This document shows, one piece after another, positions 58,370 to 64,000 of a stretch of DNA of 64,000 bases (positions are counted from its first letter, which is position 1; each line of letters opens with the position of its first letter). The DNA is taken from positions 26,288,001 to 26,352,000 of the forward strand of contig OZ024762.1 of NCBI GenBank assembly GCA_964016885.1. Direction: 5' to 3'. Source of the DNA: Eledone cirrhosa. Lineage: Eukaryota. The notes beneath the pieces are model-generated. The model was not told where the DNA came from, did no database searches, and saw only the letters and a program-made list of their open reading frames with translations. The translations under genes and the position numbers were made by a program.

Positions 58370-58434
<65 letters not shown>

Positions 58435-59614
58435 TTTTGTTTAATGTTTTTTTTTTGTTTTTGTTTTTTCTTGTTAAGCCGAATTATCTCCAAATATGAA
58501 TTCGGTGTTTAGTATTATCGAGAATTATAAATTTCCTATTTAGAATTATCGCAAAATATTAATTCTTTCTCTGGTTGCTTCTTGGATTTCTATTTCTTTC
58601 TTTTCTTTTTTTTCAACATCCCGCGAGATTTTGTTTCTATTTTTGTTTTTGTTTTCATTTTCATTCCTTATTTTTCATATTTATCTCATGTTTCTATTTT
58701 ATATTTTATATTTTATATTTTATATTTTATATTTTATATTTTATATTTTATATTTTTTCAGTTTCAAATTAGTAAATTAATCCATTTATGTGACTGAAAG
58801 TGAAATTGTATTCTTAAACTTGTTGTCCTAGTTGTTCTTCCTGCTGTAGTTGTTGTTGTTGTTGTTGTAATAGTAGTTATTGTTATTGTTGTTGTAATAG
58901 TAGTTGTTGTTGTTGGTGCTCGTGGTGGTGGTGTTTGTGTTCTTGTTGTTCTTCTTCTTGCTCCTGTTGATGTTGTTGTTGTTGGTGGTAGTGGTGCTGG
59001 TGTTGGTGTTGTTGTTGTTCGTGGAGTTGGTGTTGTTGTTGATGGTGTTGGTGTTGTTGCTCTTGCTTGTGTTGTTGTTGCTGTTGATCTTGTTGCAGCA
59101 GCAGTAGTAGTAACAGTAGTAGTAATAGTAGTAGTAGTAGTAGTTGTTGTTGTTGATGGCGTTGGTGTTGGTGTTGGTGTTGTTGTTGGTCTTCTTTTAG
59201 TAGTAGTTATTGTTGGTCTTGCTCTTGTTGTTGCTGTTGACGTTCTTCTTCTACTGGCCCTTGTTGTTGTTGTTATTGTTGCTGTTGCTGCTGTTTATTT
59301 TAATTACTGTTGCTGAGGATATATATTTTTTTTTAATTAGAAGCTATCAGCTTTCATATTTAGAGAACACATCAAGATTATCATCATCTAAATTTGGAAC
59401 ATGTGTGGTTAACAACTTCGTTGCCAACCAGAAGGTCGCGAGTTCCAGCTCATTGCTTTGCAGCATCCGACAACTTACCAATAACTTGTTAGTGGCATTT
59501 TGTGTGTGAGTATATATATATATATATATAACGAAGCAAGTGTGGTAAGGAACCAAGTGGACCATAACGCAACAGAGTACTCGATATTTAGGGTAGTAGA
59601 GTGGGTAATAGGAA

Positions 59615-59665
<51 letters not shown>

Positions 59666-59768
59666 ATATATATATAGTGGTAGAACACTGGAAGGTAATA
59701 TCCGTAGTGGTAGAGCACTCAGTCCATGGGACGAGTTAGGTAGAAGTACTTACACAACAGTTAGTTCA

Positions 59769-59818
59769 CCATACCGAGAACAATTGTTTCACCTTAGCAG
59801 ATCCTCCACTCGTAATGG
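59769..59818 (-). ncRNA. Hammerhead-like motif with variant core (UGGAGGA)
   Basis: CCAT-TA-CGAG TGGAGGA TCTGCTAAGGT GAAA CAATTG TT CTCG-GT-ATGG. Confidence 0.45.
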
Positions 59819-59998
59819 ACATGGTTATACTGAATAGGAAGAACAACCGTACGAACGCGCATGCGCAGAAACCGCCACTTCACACAGGCAATACTAAAAA
59901 AACGTGCGAGAGGTGTAAGGGAGATAACTGCGAAAGTCCGAAAAGTTTCTAGTTGATAAGAAAATTAGGCTGTTGTGATTCAATCCGGAGCTTTGTAG

Positions 59999-61605
59999 TT
60001 ATGTAAGGTGGTTCGAGACGTGTGGACAACGTGTGAAGAATTCATTTCTAGTGTTTAGGCAATCGCTATTGCATAATCTCTTTAGAATATTTATTCGTTC
60101 ATCAATACATAATCCACACGACGGATTTCCCCTTGCGTATGGCCTGGACTTATTGATGGCTTTCCTTTGAATGGACTAGTCTATACTTGAGTCCTTGAGG
60201 GACCATACGTGGCTCGCGAGTTTCATGGATGAACGTCTGTCCGAGTATCTAAAGGTCGACTGGTGGTTCAGGAAGCGTTCCTTAAATCGGCCCTCCGCCT
60301 TACACACATAGGAGTTGACCTCCTGTGGTTTATTTGGTCAGTTGGAAGTGACCACAGCTTCATAAATTACGGCGGGTGTGTTGCATTGCTTTTGAAGGGG
60401 ACAATCTTCGGGCTTACGGCAAGAGCACTCTGGTAGGGTGTTCCTCCTAGGGCTGTTGGTGATGTGGGCCTTCATGTTCTTAGCGCAGGAGTACCCTAGT
60501 TTTACCTTGTGTCGGTTAAAGGTGGAGCAGTATTTATGACCTATGTGAAAGTGTCTATCTAAGAGGGCTAGAAATGTTTTGCCTATATTGGTTTTAACGT
60601 TGAGTGAGAAGGGAGGAGAGGACCAGATAGTTTGTCTATTGTTACGCTTTCTTTTGTATTGCTGTTGTTGATAGTGGGAGAGTAAGTGATAGGTGGCGAG
60701 AAGCCGCTGTTAGCTAACGCCGTGTTATAGTGCCGCCCTGTCAAAGATGCCTTATTAGAGGAGAGTTTTGAGATTCTAGCACTGATATTATTTACGAGGT
60801 TTCTAAAAACAGTGGGAGGATGTCATGAGTCCTTGTGAATGTAATTGAGTTTTTTGTTTAGCTTATGGGAGGGTCTGTAGGTGTGTGTGAGAAGGACTAA
60901 ATTAATGTCTAAGAAATCTACGCTAGAGAGGTTGGTAGCTACTATTATCCTAAGTCCTAACTCATTGAAGGTAGAAGCTAAGTCTTTTTTAAACCGGTCG
61001 AGGTCGTGACCACTTTTATGGCTCGATAAGGTCATCGCGGTATATTCCCGTGTGGAAGTCCGGGAATCTAACACGTAATATATCTAAAATAAAAAGGCCA
61101 ACCAAGTCGCATACGTCAGCACTGTCAAACGATCCCATGGAGACGTCGAACAGGTCTGAAGTTGTTGACTTCTTTGCCCAGGCTACTCCATCGTTGAAGA
61201 GGAGGCTTTTCCGGCAGTGAGCGATGATTTCCCAGTCTAAACCATCGACGGTAGTGTAAGTGCTAGCGAACTCCAACGCTTTGTTTAACAGGGTCTGTGA
61301 GATCACGGGTAAAAATCAACAATGTCGAACTGTGTGAACTTCGATTTTGGGGATTTGAAGGAGTTGAACCACTTAATGACGGAGTCGCTGTTCTCCCACT
61401 GGGGCAGGTTGGACTTAGTCCTAATGGTCTTAACTATGTTTCTAAGTATGGCCTTATTGACTAGTCCCATATCTGTGCGTGCCGGGTTTATTAGTCTACA
61501 TGTGGGGTTAGAAGTAAAGTCTACCTTGTGATCTTTCAGGGTGAGGAACGCCTCCCGCTTAGCTAGAGATTGTAGCTTCTTATCTACCTTAAGGGCAGCG
61601 GCAAG
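59999..61605 (-). pseudogene. Penelope-like RT + C-terminal GIY-YIG endonuclease, disrupted
   Basis: FDVSMGSFDSADVCDLVG and GIYRDD. Manual translation downstream gives KLGYSC..CSCRKPEDCPLQKQC..VIYEAVV..SYV..FKERFLNH..HVWSLK..CGLC..LNTRNE..CPH, with stops and frameshifts. Confidence 0.87.
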
Positions 61606-61635
61606 TTCTATATATATATAGTTTTAATATAGAGG

Positions 61636-61686
61636 AGCTTCTACAGGACTAGAACTGTTTCATTCGTGAGAAATCATCAGGAAGCT
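61636..61686 (-). ncRNA. Type I hammerhead ribozyme motif (Penelope pLTR type)
   Basis: AGCTTC CTGATGA T-TTC-TCAC-GAA-T GAAA CAG-TTCTAGTC-CTG TA GAAGCT. Confidence 0.8.
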
Positions 61687-62190
61687 GGCTGTCCAAGTAA
61701 ATGGTAGTATTTATGTATTTCCTTATCTCGTGGTAGGAGAGGGTGGGGATTAGGATGGGTGTAGGTCATTGGTTGAAGGAATTAAAGAAAGGGTATTCAT
61801 TAAAAGCTAATTCTTTAAAGCTATAATATTAACAAAGTCAGAAAGAATACTGTAAACAAGTTGAAAATTGGAATACCAATCCTTGTTTATCACATTATTT
61901 AAGTAACAATGCCTGTAAGACAGGTGTCTACAGGATGGAAGGGGTTCAATGGTTTAAAGAAAAGGGAAATTATTTAGAAGCTAAATCTTTAAGGGTAAAA
62001 TGAGGGTGACAAAGGCAGAAAAGGTTCCATCAACAGATTCAAGTGTTGGGGTGAACCCCCTATAGTGAGGTTTCTCTTAATATATGTTCCAGGTGTCGAC
62101 AAACACATTCATACACGCGCCCACTTACACACGTACACACACTTACACGCACGCACTCACAGGCAGGCACAGACGCAACAAACCTACATA

Positions 62191-62293
62191 ATTGTTTCTA
62201 CTTTTGGCACAAGGCCAGCAATCAGCCAGTGCATTACTGGTACTTTATTTTATCGACCCCGTAAGGATGAAATGCAAAGTTAACCTCGGCGGG
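62191..62293 (-). mobile_element. 5'-truncated SINE family 1 copy
   Basis: Reverse complement of the core and tail motifs. Confidence 0.8.
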
Positions 62294-62449
62294 ATAACTT
62301 ACATAATGGTACATACACACATACATACATGTAAATAAATACACACATACACACATACATATATATGTGTACATACATACGCATACATACACATACATAC
62401 ATATGTATACAGACATATACACATATACATATATACACACATATACACA

Positions 62450-62487
<38 letters not shown>

Positions 62488-63028
62488 TTTTTGTTTAATA
62501 TTATATATATATATATATACACATACAGATATATACACATACATACACATACACCCATACACACACATATATACATATAAGTATATATACATAGATATAC
62601 ACATACATATACACACATATACACATATACATATATACACATACATATACATATACACGCACACACACGCTCTCATGCATACACACGCACACACACACAT
62701 ATATACACACGTACACACACATATATATATACACATATATACATACACATATATATACACACGTACACACACATATATATATACACATATATACATACAC
62801 ATATATATACATACATATACGCACACATACACACAGATACATATACATACATATATATACACACATACATATATATACATAGATATATACATATATATAG
62901 TATATTTCTAATGACTTGAATTGTTTTACTTTGTTTTAACCTATATATATATATATAGAGAGAGAGAGAATAAAAGAGAAAACACAGGTAAGCATATATA
63001 TAAAGACACACACATATATATATATATA

Positions 63029-63427
63029 TATATTAATAAGAGGAATTCCAACTTTGTCTGATTTACTCGTTTTATTTACAATCCTTTAAAGTATATATAA
63101 TGGTATTATAATGAAATAGTATGATAGAATATTAAATTCTAAGTGTTAATTGAACAAGTACTTTCATGCTTTCGCAATCTTCAGGTTCATGATATGTGGT
63201 GACAGTCGAGTTTGCAATTTTCAACTGTCAGTTGAAAATTGCAAATTCGACTGTCACCACATATCATGAACCTGAAGATTGCGAAAGCATGAAAGTACTT
63301 GTTCAATTAACACTTAGAATTTAATATTCTATCATACTATTTCATTATAATACCATTATATATACTTTAAAGGATTGTAAATAAAACGAGTAAATCAGAC
63401 AAAGTTGGAATTCCTCTTATTAATATA
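63029..63427. repeat. 399-bp near-perfect palindrome (199-bp arms, 1-nt spacer) in (TA)n
   Basis: Centre is CAACTG-T-CAGTTG at 63228. One mismatch seen, at 63210. Confidence 0.97.
63267..63305 (+). ncRNA. Minimal type I hammerhead motif (mirror copy at 63151-63189 on the minus strand)
   Basis: TGAAC CTGAAGA T-TGC-GAAA-GCA-T GAAA GTAC TT GTTCA. Confidence 0.65.
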
Positions 63428-63491
63428 ATCTTCTATACACAATCATACACACCCGTGTATATTTACCTATCTATATCTATCTATCTATCTA

Positions 63492-63549
<58 letters not shown>

Positions 63550-64000
63550 TAGAAGGAGTATTTAATTTGTTGGAAGTCCGACAAATATAAATGTTTATAA
63601 CTGATTTAGAGCACTAAACAGATTACTGGATTAAATATACAATGATATTAAATAAATGGAAACTATATTTATAAAATCATATTCATTTTATTATATATAT
63701 TTCAAGGGTACCAAAACACATTGGTACGCTTTCATCAGATAAAATACAAAGTTTGTTTTATAAACATAGACATACCCATAAAAATCATACTTTATCGGTT
63801 GGATATTCTCTGGATAGTGGAAATATATTAGGGATTTTTCAAACTTAGGGTGAATATGTAAATAATTGAAAAACAACCGTTTATTTAAACGACTATGGAG
63901 AGAGAGAGAAGAGGAGAAGGATAAAATAGTGCGAGAGGGAGAGAGAGGGAGAGAGAGGGAGAGAGAGTGAGAAGAGATAAGAGGAGAAGGATAAAATAGT

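Larger units (their letters stand above)
52348..58433 (+). mobile_element. Tx1-clade non-LTR retrotransposon copy D, near intact, in (ATT)n
   Basis: 5' UTR, ORF1, intact ORF2, a 3' UTR ending CCCTTGTGGTTAATAAAGAAATC, and an (ATT)n tail. Confidence 0.97.
59530..61608 (-). mobile_element. Penelope-like retroelement, 5'-truncated and decayed, in (TA)n
   Basis: RT followed by a GIY-YIG-type endonuclease and a non-coding 3' region with a hammerhead-like motif. Confidence 0.88.

Noticed and set aside
60338-60340. In-frame TGA in the Penelope-like endonuclease read as selenocysteine
   Set aside because: It is not at an evident Cys position, and the same copy has a TAG stop and frameshifts, so this is decay.

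Overview
AT-rich eukaryotic (animal) genomic DNA packed with microsatellites. I found no convincing host-gene exon. The tRNA-derived SINEs resemble those of octopus or other coleoid cephalopods (inference). Almost all non-microsatellite sequence is transposon-derived. (1) A 17-kb head-to-tail stack of four same-strand Tx1-clade (L1-group) non-LTR retrotransposon insertions lies in one (GATA)n tract. (2) Two sister Tx1 copies sit in (ATT)n tracts, one nearly intact with a 1139-aa APE-RT ORF2. (3) There is a decayed Penelope-like element (RT + GIY-YIG), plus several non-coding islets in (TA)n carrying hammerhead-ribozyme motifs, some with atypical architecture. (4) There is a 2.8-kb fold-back array of a 615-bp unit and a 399-bp palindrome. 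(5) Also present are an internally deleted Helitron, CRE-like and RTE-like 3' fragments, and two SINE families, one of which appears to share its 3' tail with the Tx1 elements. Most ORFs in the supplied track are microsatellite or antisense artefacts. Boundaries were read by eye and may be off by a few bases.
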